Both the position numbers and the translations under genes were made by a program. From contig CAWKCL010000006.1 in NCBI GenBank assembly GCA_963848155.1, positions 485,160 to 549,159 of the forward strand: DNA of 64,000 bases, read 5' to 3'. This document shows positions 1 to 8,743 of the stretch, piece after piece. The notes beneath the pieces were generated by a model. That model did no database searches. It was not told the DNA's origin and saw only the letters and a list, made by a program, of their open reading frames with translations. Source of the DNA: an uncultured delta proteobacterium (GTDB lineage: Bacteria > Desulfobacterota > Zymogenia > Zymogenales > Zymogenaceae). Each line of letters opens with the position of its first letter. Within the stretch, counting starts at the first letter, position 1.

Positions 1-29
1 GCGAGCGGAACCCGCGTTTCAATGCTTCG

Positions 30-2684
30 TCACTCCAGGGTTTGAAAATCAGGGTTATTGGCCGTATCATTGAAAACACAGGGCCGTCCCGTTCGAATGG
101 CCGTTCCGATCGGGCCCCTTCCGGTGGGCGTGTCATCCCAGGTTACCGTGACAGCGTCGAGGTACCCGTCCTCGTATCCCCAGTAGGCGGCGGGAGCGAC
201 CCGCATATGCCCTTCTTCCACGAGGCCGATCCAGACAAAATAGTACCCGCTCACCTCGCACAGGATTTCACACGCCCCGGCCAACAGCGTATCCTTATCG
301 TCGACCCTCACGATGAGCTTGTCTATAGTCCGTATGGACTCCAGCACGTGGTTGAGGTGCGCGATCCGTTCATCGGCGCGCTTGCGCTCCGTAATATCCC
401 TGCCGATACCCCGAACCTGCGCAATCCGTTTTCCCTCCCAGACTACCTGTTCGCGGACTTCGATTATCCGTATACTGCCGCTCTTATCGATGAAGGAGAT
501 TTCGTATGACCCGATATCTTCTCCCTTCTTCTGGGCCTTAAAAATCCCCTTGACTTTTTCCAGCGACTCCGGGGTCAGCAGCTCCATGTAGTTTTTCTGG
601 AGCAGCTCCTCGCGTGTATACCCCGAGACCTCCTCCAGGGCCTTATTGAGATAGATGATCTTCCCGGTACCGTCCGTAATATAAACAATATCGGCGATAG
701 TCTCGACCAGCTCCCGGTAGCGCTGTTCGGAATCCCGCAGCGCCTCCAGGGCCCGCTTCTTCTCCGTTATGTTGCGCCCGATCCCGTGAAACGATACGAT
801 TCGGTCGCCGTCCCAGACCAGCTGTTCCCTGGTTTCGATCGTCTTGATCGCCCCGGTCCTGTCGTAAAGCTCAAGCTCGAAAACCCCGGCGTCCTCCCCG
901 GCCCGCTGGCGTTTGAAGACGCTTGCGGCGGTTTCAATAGATTCGGGGGTAAGGAAGTCGGCGAAAGTTAGTCCCAGCAATTCTTTCCGGGAATACCCGA
1001 TAAACTGCTCGGCGGCTGCGTTGAGAAATACCAACTTACCGTCCTCGTTTGTGACGTAGATGATATCCGCGATATTCTCCAGCAGCTCGCGGTAACGCTG
1101 CTCGCTCTCCCTGATTGCCCGTTCGGTCTCCTTCCTCTTGCTGATGTCCGTCACGATAACCTGGACGGCCGGTTTGCCCCCGTAGGTAACGGGCGCCGCG
1201 ATAACGTCTACGGGAACGGGGGTACCGTCAAGCCTGACGTATACGTTTTCATTGGGATACAGCCCCTGTTCTCCGGCCATCATGCGCCTGAGACGGTCCA
1301 GGGACCGGTCAACATAGTCAGGATGAATGATCGTACTGACATCCCTGCCGGTTATCTCATCCGGGGATTGCGCCCCGACTATCTGCGCCCCGGCGGTATT
1401 CGTGAAGACGATCTTTCCCTCCGCCTGGACGGCGATGCCGACGGGGGCAAGCTCCAGGAGGTTGCGGTATCGCTCCTCGCTTTCCCGCAGCGCTTCCTGC
1501 GCGGTTTTCCTTTCCGTTATGTCGCGGCCGATCCCGTGTACCTCAACTATCCGGCGTCCTTCCCATACCAATTTCTCCCGGGTTTCCAGCGTCCTGATCT
1601 CACCGTCTTTGTTGTAGAAATCAAGCTCGAAGACCACCACATCTTCCCCGGCAAGCTGCCTTTTAAAAACAGCGGCAGCGGTCTCAAAGGACGACGGGAC
1701 AAGAAACTCAACAAAGCTGCGGCCAATAGATTCTTCCCGCGTATATCCGAAGAAACGCTCGGCCGCCCCGTTCAGAAACAGGACGTTGCCGCGGTCGTCC
1801 ACGACATAGACGATATCCCCGATGTTTTCTATCAACTCCCGGTATTTCCGTTCCGACTCCCTGATCGCCCGCTCGGCCTCCCTGCGCTCGGTGATATCCC
1901 GGCCGACGCCGAGAAATCCCTCGGGGCGTCCGTCCGCGTCACGGATGAGCGTCATGGTGATTTCCGACCAGAAGGTAGAGCCGTCCTTGCGGTAGAATTC
2001 AAGCTCCAGTGTCACGGATATCGGGAGCCCTGCGTCCGCCAGCCGTTCCGGGGTCAGATTTTCTGCGATCACTTCCGAAATGATTTTTAGGGATTCGGGG
2101 GTCATGTGCTTATCGAGGGGCATGTCAGAGAGATCTTGGAGGGTATATCCGCGGGTTGCCACTACCGACGGGCTGATATAGGTCGTGCGTAAATCCATGT
2201 CCATGATCCAGACGGTATCGCTCATATTCTCGGTGATGATCCGGTAGCGCTCCTGGTTTTCCCTGAGCGAGGCCTCGATCCGCTCCTTTTCCTGCCGGAC
2301 ACGCCTTACCTCCAGTGCGGCGGAGACGGCGGGTCCCAGCCGCCTGATGGAGTCTTTCAGGACATAGTCCGAAGCGCCCGCCTTAATACAGCTGACGGCG
2401 ACGTCCTCGTTTTGCGATCCGGTGAGGATAATCAGGGGGGTGGCGGGGGCGTTTTCGAGGGTGAGTTTCAGCGCCGTCATCCCGTTGAACACGGGCAGGC
2501 TGTAGTCCGAGACGATAATATCCGGGACAAAGGTCTCCAGCGCGTCCAGGAATTCCTCCTGCGTCTCTACAATTTTGAAGTCGCAGGGTTTTATCTCCCC
2601 GCCTATCTCCCGTTTAGCCAGTTCGGCGTCCGCGGCGACGTCTTCGACGATGAGGATTCGGATGGCCTCATCCATGGAGTTCAC
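30..2684 (-). CDS. Signal-transduction sensor: N-terminal receiver (REC), four PAS/PAC modules and a C-terminal GAF domain. The C-terminus runs off the window start.
   Basis: N-terminus has a CheY-like fold (IRILIVEDVAADAEL...DIIVSDYSLPVFNGM). There are four repeated PAS blocks, each followed by the DITERK motif, then GAF-like sequence to the window edge. No stop is seen before coordinate 30. Confidence 0.8.
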   Translation of the reverse strand: MNSMDEAIRILIVEDVAADAELAKREIGGEIKPCDFKIVETQEEFLDALETFVPDIIVSDYSLPVFNGMTALKLTLENAPATPLIILTGSQNEDVAVSCIKAGASDYVLKDSIRRLGPAVSAALEVRRVRQEKERIEASLRENQERYRIITENMSDTVWIMDMDLRTTYISPSVVATRGYTLQDLSDMPLDKHMTPESLKIISEVIAENLTPERLADAGLPISVTLELEFYRKDGSTFWSEITMTLIRDADGRPEGFLGVGRDITERREAERAIRESERKYRELIENIGDIVYVVDDRGNVLFLNGAAERFFGYTREESIGRSFVEFLVPSSFETAAAVFKRQLAGEDVVVFELDFYNKDGEIRTLETREKLVWEGRRIVEVHGIGRDITERKTAQEALRESEERYRNLLELAPVGIAVQAEGKIVFTNTAGAQIVGAQSPDEITGRDVSTIIHPDYVDRSLDRLRRMMAGEQGLYPNENVYVRLDGTPVPVDVIAAPVTYGGKPAVQVIVTDISKRKETERAIRESEQRYRELLENIADIIYVTNEDGKLVFLNAAAEQFIGYSRKELLGLTFADFLTPESIETAASVFKRQRAGEDAGVFELELYDRTGAIKTIETREQLVWDGDRIVSFHGIGRNITEKKRALEALRDSEQRYRELVETIADIVYITDGTGKIIYLNKALEEVSGYTREELLQKNYMELLTPESLEKVKGIFKAQKKGEDIGSYEISFIDKSGSIRIIEVREQVVWEGKRIAQVRGIGRDITERKRADERIAHLNHVLESIRTIDKLIVRVDDKDTLLAGACEILCEVSGYYFVWIGLVEEGHMRVAPAAYWGYEDGYLDAVTVTWDDTPTGRGPIGTAIRTGRPCVFNDTANNPDFQTLE

Positions 2685-2721
2685 CTCCGTATCGGTACAA
2701 AGGAAGAGGGAAAAGCCCGTT

Positions 2722-3165
2722 TCACCGGGGGGGGTGATTGACCAGCAGCCAGTAGAGGCCGAGGTTGCTCATGGCGTTGAAGAACTGTTCGAAATCAACC
2801 GGCTTTACAACGTAGCTGTTAGCCCCAAGTGCGTATGACTCCTCGATATCAGGATCTTCCCGCGAGGAGGTCACAACGATCACCGGAATCTTTTTCGTTC
2901 GCGCATCAGATTTAATCTGGCTGAGCACCTCCAGGCCGCTGACCTTTGGCAGCTTCAGGTCCAAAAGGACGATCTTTGGGGGGGCCGCGTTTTCGCGCCG
3001 TGCGTATTGGCCGCGCGCAAACAGGATATCCAGCGCCTCGGCCCCGTCCTCGGCTACGTATATCCGGTTTGCCAGCCTGTTTTTCTTAAACGCCCGGACG
3101 ATAAGCTCCGCGTCCTGCGGGTTGTCCTCGACGAGCAGGATCTCGATCGCGTCGATGTCTTTCAC
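2722..3165 (-). CDS. Single-domain response regulator (CheY-like receiver)
   Basis: 147 aa; ILLVEDNPQDAEL...VLLDLKLPKVSGLEVLSQIK receiver motifs. Its start overlaps the histidine-kinase stop by 4 nt (ATGA), consistent with an operon. Confidence 0.85.
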   Translation of the reverse strand: MKDIDAIEILLVEDNPQDAELIVRAFKKNRLANRIYVAEDGAEALDILFARGQYARRENAAPPKIVLLDLKLPKVSGLEVLSQIKSDARTKKIPVIVVTSSREDPDIEESYALGANSYVVKPVDFEQFFNAMSNLGLYWLLVNHPPR

Positions 3166-6074
3166 GACTCACCCCCAAGTTTCGTCGGAAGGGAAAAGTA
3201 AAACACCGCGCCCCCATCTACCTTCCCTTCAGCCCATACACGTCCTCCGTGCCGGGCGATTATCCTGTGTACAATAGCGAGGCCCACGCCAGTGCCGGGG
3301 AATTCCTTTTCCCCGTGGAGTCGCTGGAAGACGCCGAAGAGCTTGTCGGAGTATCTATCGTCAAAACCTGCGCCGTTATCCCGGATCGAGTAAATTACCT
3401 GGGCATTCTGCTTACGGCCGGTAATTTCAATGACCGCGAGTTCTTCTTTCGAGGAGAATTTGACTGCGTTGGAGACGAGGTTTGTCCAGACGTGGCGGAG
3501 CAGGGAGGAATCTCCGTTGACCTCCGGAAGGTTGCCCACGGTAAACGAGATACGCGCCCGGTCGTCCTCCGTCGCCAATTCGAAAAATGCGGATTTGGCC
3601 AGAAGCTCCATGTTGATCGGGCCGATATGCAGCTCACTGCGCCCTACGCGGGAAAAGTCCAGCAGGTCATCGATAAGCTTTCCCATGCGCCGGGTATTAT
3701 CCCGTATAACGCCGGCCAGCCGCCTGCCTTCCTCGTCCAGACGATTATCGTATTCCTCCGCGAGCACCCTGGTAAAACCGTCGATGGCCCGCAGGGGGGC
3801 GCGCAGGTCGTGGGAGACCGAATAGCTGAAGGCCTCGAGCTCTTTATTGGCGGCCTGAAGCTGGGCCGTGCGGTCGATCACGCGCTGCTCCAGTTCCTCG
3901 TTGAGTTTCCTGATCTCGGCCTCGTCCCGCTTGCGCTTAGTAATATCCTTGTGCTGGATAACGGCGCTTATTATCCTCCCACCGGGGTCGCGCACGGGGA
4001 AGATCGTTGCATCGAGATATACCGACGCCGCGTCCTTGAGATCGAGGCCCGTGACCCGCGCCGTGTCGTAGGTGAGTTCGAACCTCGCCGTCTCCCCCTT
4101 TTCAAAAACGGCCTCGACCTTCGGCAGGTGTCCCTGCTCTCTAACGATATTATCGTTGAGCACGTTATATTTACCTATCACCTCTTCGGGGGTAATATGC
4201 AGCAGCTCACAGCAGGCCTTATTAATCCGTCTGAGCGTTCCGTTTTCGTCGGAAATCCACATGGGAACCGGGCTCTGGTCGATCATGCTGTCCAAAAATG
4301 TCGCCGATTTCCTGACTTCCTCCTCGGCGGTCCGCCAATCGGTCATGTCGCGGGCCGAGGAGAGCGCCCCGATGACGTTTCCATTTTCGTCTTTGAGGGC
4401 CTTACACCACCAGCCGAGCAGGCGTCGCTCGCCGTCCTTGCGCCGCTGCCAGCTTTCCACGTAAAATATATCCTCGTTGCCGTCAAACAGCGGCTTTACC
4501 GCGGCGTACGTATCCTGTTCGCCTTCAAAATACGACTCAGCCTCCTTACCGATCACATCTTCACCGAAGAAGTCGTAACCTGCCCGGTTAGCCCATGTAT
4601 ACACCTTTTCGGCGTCGACCTCCATGATGATATCCGGGACGGCGTCGAGGATTGCCTCCTGCCGCAGAGAAAGCACTCGCAGCGTTTCTTCGGCCCGCTT
4701 GCGCTCGGTGACGTCGATAAAGGAACCCTCGATACGTACCGGTTTCCCGTGTAGGTCTTTGACGATCCGGGCGTTTATCTCAACATAAATCTCTTCTCCG
4801 CTCTGTTTTTTCGCCGCGGTAAGGTAGTTCCGGATGACGCCCTGCAGTTTCAGTTGTCCAAGGTATGCTTTTCTATCCTCGGGATTCCGCCAGAAATCGG
4901 GAAGTCGCGCGTCAACCAGATTCGCGTCCGGGTCAAAACCGAGGATCCTGCTGAATTCAACATTATGATCGAGCAGTACGCCGTCAAGGGTCGCACTATA
5001 GAATCCTTCGCTCAGATTCATGATCATATTTCGGTACTTCAGTTCACTGGCCCGCAGCGCAGCTTCGGACCGCTTGCGCTCGGTAATGTCAAAGACGATG
5101 CCCAGATAGCGGATGATGTGCCCTTTTGTATCGCGCTCGGGCAACCCGCGGGACATCAACCAGCGTTCCGGCCCTTTGCGCGTATTCACACGCCATTCGG
5201 CGTTCAACTCGGTCCCTTGTTCAGTAGCACTCCTGACCGCGGCCTCGGCGGCCGAGCGGTCATTGGGGTGAATAGACCGCCGCCACAATTCGTATGAAGG
5301 CTCACCGCTGCCGGGCTCCAATCCGTAGAGCGTCCACAGCCCGTCGGACCAGGTGTTCTTGTTGGTTTTCAGGTCCCACTCCCACGCGCCGGCTTTAACC
5401 GCGTCATAGGCCCTCTGAAGGCGCTCTTTGCTCTCGTCGATTTGTCGGATTATCGGGGCCGATACCCGCACGAAAGCGATTGAACTTATAATCGCAAGGA
5501 CAAGCGCAACGATCCCCGCCGTCGTCCCCGCCTTTATGAAGGGGGCCTTGATCTCTGCAAGGTCGATCTTGACCACAACCCCAAGTCCGAGCGCAGGCAT
5601 CGGCTCGTGGGCGGCAAGCACCTCCTCCCCCCGGTAGTCGGTCCCGATCATCGTACCCGACTTCCCCGAGAGTGCCAGGCGCATGGGCTCCGCGAAGGCA
5701 GAATCGGGGCTCAGCGTGTTGGGGCCGGTTTCTTCGTACGATCTCTTAGTCAAGAGAAAGACTATGGTATCGTTCTCACGCCGGGCGACGACGATCTCAC
5801 CGGTTTTCGTATTGGTCAGGTAGTGTGTATGAAGCTCAATAGTATCGTGTAGCTTTGCAGTATCCAGCGTCCCGACGAGGGTATCGGCCGGATGTCCTTC
5901 TGCGAAGAAGACCTCCTCATAGTGGGAAACCATACTGCGGGCGATCTCTGAAAGGCGTTCCTTCTGTTCCTGGATCGAGGCCCGGTAGAGCATGATCAGC
6001 GAGACGGCGCTGACGGCCGCCGTCACGATGACCATAATAATAACGAGGAGTGCGATTCTACCTTTTCCCGTCAT
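3162..6074 (-). CDS. Membrane-bound PAS-domain sensor histidine kinase (HisKA plus HATPase_c)
   Basis: Two transmembrane segments flank a periplasmic region. There are three PAS/PAC repeats, an H-box (SHDLRAPLRAIDGF) and C-terminal ATPase G-boxes (GTGVGLAIV). Confidence 0.85.
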   Translation of the reverse strand: MTGKGRIALLVIIMVIVTAAVSAVSLIMLYRASIQEQKERLSEIARSMVSHYEEVFFAEGHPADTLVGTLDTAKLHDTIELHTHYLTNTKTGEIVVARRENDTIVFLLTKRSYEETGPNTLSPDSAFAEPMRLALSGKSGTMIGTDYRGEEVLAAHEPMPALGLGVVVKIDLAEIKAPFIKAGTTAGIVALVLAIISSIAFVRVSAPIIRQIDESKERLQRAYDAVKAGAWEWDLKTNKNTWSDGLWTLYGLEPGSGEPSYELWRRSIHPNDRSAAEAAVRSATEQGTELNAEWRVNTRKGPERWLMSRGLPERDTKGHIIRYLGIVFDITERKRSEAALRASELKYRNMIMNLSEGFYSATLDGVLLDHNVEFSRILGFDPDANLVDARLPDFWRNPEDRKAYLGQLKLQGVIRNYLTAAKKQSGEEIYVEINARIVKDLHGKPVRIEGSFIDVTERKRAEETLRVLSLRQEAILDAVPDIIMEVDAEKVYTWANRAGYDFFGEDVIGKEAESYFEGEQDTYAAVKPLFDGNEDIFYVESWQRRKDGERRLLGWWCKALKDENGNVIGALSSARDMTDWRTAEEEVRKSATFLDSMIDQSPVPMWISDENGTLRRINKACCELLHITPEEVIGKYNVLNDNIVREQGHLPKVEAVFEKGETARFELTYDTARVTGLDLKDAASVYLDATIFPVRDPGGRIISAVIQHKDITKRKRDEAEIRKLNEELEQRVIDRTAQLQAANKELEAFSYSVSHDLRAPLRAIDGFTRVLAEEYDNRLDEEGRRLAGVIRDNTRRMGKLIDDLLDFSRVGRSELHIGPINMELLAKSAFFELATEDDRARISFTVGNLPEVNGDSSLLRHVWTNLVSNAVKFSSKEELAVIEITGRKQNAQVIYSIRDNGAGFDDRYSDKLFGVFQRLHGEKEFPGTGVGLAIVHRIIARHGGRVWAEGKVDGGAVFYFSLPTKLGGES

Positions 6075-6478
6075 GTTCCGTCGCCAATACTATGAAAACA
6101 GGTATAATCGGATGGGCTTGATCAAAGCGAGATCACGATCAGATGAAAGTGCGTTCAACCCGGCGGCAGAAGCCGGCGTACGATCAACGGTGAGTGAGCC
6201 GCCCCTGACGCGTGTACGAAGGAAACCGCTGAATTCTATCGGAAGGGAATAGATTATGAGAACGGGTCGCGGGTCTGAATGATGCGCTCGGCGGCGACAC
6301 CAATAACGGTGATACGAACGGCGATTCCAACAAGTGCTCAATCACCGGGCTGAACCTCCGCATAAATCATCATAATTATTACATGATTTATCGCAATATG
6401 CAAATCATTTCCGGTTATTGGCGCCCCCATGCCGCGGATTGACAGGCACCGCCGCCTATCGGACCATTACGTGAATCG

Positions 6479-7246
6479 TCATGGATTGCGGCGCCCCTTT
6501 CGTTTCCCGAACTCACTCATCAGGGCCCGGCGTTCCGGGTTCTGGAAGAGCTGTAAAAACGTCTCTTTCTCGACCTGAGACGCGTCACTAAAGGTCATGT
6601 CCATCACCTCAGAGAAGAGGCGCTTAACGGTCTTTACGGCCTCGGGGGGTTTACCTATGATATCGGCGGCGATCTTCTTACTCTCGGCAAGGGTTTTTCG
6701 GGCCGGCACTATTTGAGAGATGATCCCCCACTGGGCAACCTCACGGGCGGGGAAGATTGCCCCCGTGAGCGCCATATAGCGCGCCCGGTTGAGGCCGGCA
6801 TGTCGCCACACCCGCACGATTCCCGGAAGCACCGAAAAGTTAGCCTCCGGCTCTCCAAAAAGCGCCCGGTCGGAGGCAACAAGTATATCGCAGGAAAGGG
6901 CAAGCTCCATACCACCGCCGAGACAATATCCCTCAACCGCCGAGATCGTCACCTGGGACAGGCCGTGCAGCATCTCGAAGACCTTAGCCTCGGCCCGGAC
7001 GAGCCGCAGTCCTTCCTGCTCTTCGACCTCCGCCATATCAATTAAGTCCATCCCGGAGCAGAAGTCGGCGCCGGCCCCGGTCACGATGAGGACCCTGACG
7101 TCCGTGGCGTGGTGGATCATATCCAGCGCCCGAACCAGCTCATCGATGATACCCTTTCCGAGGGCGTTCTTTCGAGCCGGTCGATTGAGCGTCAAAACGG
7201 CGCACAGGCCTTCCCGGGTGAGTGTAATGCACGTAAACTCGTCCAT
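6479..7246 (-). CDS. Enoyl-CoA hydratase/isomerase (crotonase) family protein
   Basis: 255 aa with crotonase-fold motifs (LNRPARKNAL, VTGAGADFCSGMDL, LGGGMELALSCD). Confidence 0.8.
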   Translation of the reverse strand: MDEFTCITLTREGLCAVLTLNRPARKNALGKGIIDELVRALDMIHHATDVRVLIVTGAGADFCSGMDLIDMAEVEEQEGLRLVRAEAKVFEMLHGLSQVTISAVEGYCLGGGMELALSCDILVASDRALFGEPEANFSVLPGIVRVWRHAGLNRARYMALTGAIFPAREVAQWGIISQIVPARKTLAESKKIAADIIGKPPEAVKTVKRLFSEVMDMTFSDASQVEKETFLQLFQNPERRALMSEFGKRKGRRNP

Positions 7247-7369
7247 AGGGCACCTCCCGAATATACGTGAGCCGAATACTGTCTTTTCCGATCCCGTTAT
7301 CCACAGGAGGACCTCACAGCCCGACGCGATAACCGCACAAAGGGTCGGGGGCTCCCCCTCTCGGACTAC

Positions 7370-8014
7370 CTATAACTTGATCACAACGGTATCGGCCAGC
7401 ATGTCATGCCATGCCTGGCGATCCGGGTCCCAGAGGACCCAGAGGAAACCGACAAAAAGCAGCATACCGGACGGGGCGTAGCCGGCGAATCTGACAAGCG
7501 ACCGCGCGAACGAGACGCGCTCCCCGTTGCCTCTGACTACCCTTATTCCGGCAATCATCTTTCCGATGGTTTGCCCGAAGAGGGCAATCATGACTACGAA
7601 ATAGACCGGGGGGACGCAAACGGTCGTAACGATGGCCGCCTTCAGGAGCGGGGTGATGACCTGGAGGAACTCAAAGCCGCGGCTTGTCAGGACCAGGTCA
7701 ACGACTCCGGTGGTCTTGCCGATCAGCACGCCACCCCCAAAGAGGAGCGCCCCGTCCAGCATTACCACGAAGAGAAGATCGACGGCCATTGCCAGGCAGC
7801 GAATACCGAACCCGGCTCGCCTGAAATCGGCGATATTCTTTCTGAGCCGAACGACGCCCTGGCGCGCCGAGACAATAGTATTGTTCTGACGTGTTGGGCC
7901 CTTTTGGGGTTGCCTCCGTGACGTCACGCCTGACGGCCTCTTCAGGAGGGCATCACATGAGCGGCAGGAGCGGGCCCCGGAACGATTATTGTATCCGCAC
8001 TCCGGGCATTTCAT
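7370..8014 (-). CDS. RDD-family membrane protein with an N-terminal zinc ribbon
   Basis: N-terminus has CPECGYNN...CRSCD (CxxC...CxxC). A multi-TM core with an RDD-like region follows. Confidence 0.6.
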   Translation of the reverse strand: MKCPECGYNNRSGARSCRSCDALLKRPSGVTSRRQPQKGPTRQNNTIVSARQGVVRLRKNIADFRRAGFGIRCLAMAVDLLFVVMLDGALLFGGGVLIGKTTGVVDLVLTSRGFEFLQVITPLLKAAIVTTVCVPPVYFVVMIALFGQTIGKMIAGIRVVRGNGERVSFARSLVRFAGYAPSGMLLFVGFLWVLWDPDRQAWHDMLADTVVIKL

Positions 8015-8018
8015 GATC

Positions 8019-8741
8019 TCAGAGGTCCCCCCATTCGTATTGGACGATGGCGGCCGCCACCAGGGGCGCCGTCTCCGCCCTGATGATACGCCGGCCGAGC
8101 CCTACCGATACGAGGCCCGCGTCGGCGGCCGTTTTAGCCTCCCCGGCGGAAAATCCTCCCTCGGGCCCGGTAAAAAGCGCGACCGTCGCCGGCGCAGCCT
8201 GCCGCGACCGTATCACCTCTTTGATATCCGTGGTCTCTTCTTCCCAGACGAACAGCGAGAGATCGGCCCCGGACCGGACGGCGTCCGCAAAGGCGACCGG
8301 CGCCCAGACCAGGAGCGGTCGGTTTCGCCCGGAAAGGCTCGACTCCTCGACGGCGATCTTTTTCATTCGCTCAAGCTTCATATCGCCGATGTCCCTTGGA
8401 ATCGTACGGGAGCTGATGAAGGGGGTTACGGACTCGACGCCGAGGGCCGCGGCGTCCCGGACAAGCCGCTCCATCTTCTTACCCTTCATGAGCCCCGCAA
8501 ACAGGTTGATGGAAAGGACCGGCCGGGGGGAGGAACCGACCTCCTCTACGACGGCAAGCTCCATATCTCCGCCCTTTTTACCGGCGATCTGTGCGCGAAA
8601 TTCATGTCCGGTTTCGTCAATGAGGATCACGCTGTCATTCATCGAAAGCCTGACGACATTTCTGAGGTGGTGCGCCTGGGCCGGCGAAAGCGGCGCAATC
8701 TCCCCTACCGAAAGCTTCCCCTCAACGAAAATTCGGTTCAT
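8019..8741 (-). CDS. rsmE: 16S rRNA (uracil1498-N3)-methyltransferase RsmE family
   Basis: 240 aa. N-terminal PUA-like region (RIFVEG...LSPAQAHHLRNVLRL) and a C-terminal SPOUT region (LFTGPEGGFS). Confidence 0.75.
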   Translation of the reverse strand: MNRIFVEGKLSVGEIAPLSPAQAHHLRNVVRLSMNDSVILIDETGHEFRAQIAGKKGGDMELAVVEEVGSSPRPVLSINLFAGLMKGKKMERLVRDAAALGVESVTPFISSRTIPRDIGDMKLERMKKIAVEESSLSGRNRPLLVWAPVAFADAVRSGADLSLFVWEEETTDIKEVIRSRQAAPATVALFTGPEGGFSAGEAKTAADAGLVSVGLGRRIIRAETAPLVAAAIVQYEWGDL

Positions 8742-8743
8742 CT

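Noticed and set aside
3249-4754. Long plus-strand ORFs antisense to annotated genes (for example 3249..4754, 25308..26708, 33575..34426, 35742..36767, 50007..51101, 62681..63688)
   Set aside because: These are shadow ORFs typical of high-GC DNA. Their translations are low-complexity and Arg/Gly/Pro-rich. Each lies opposite a gene with clear homology.
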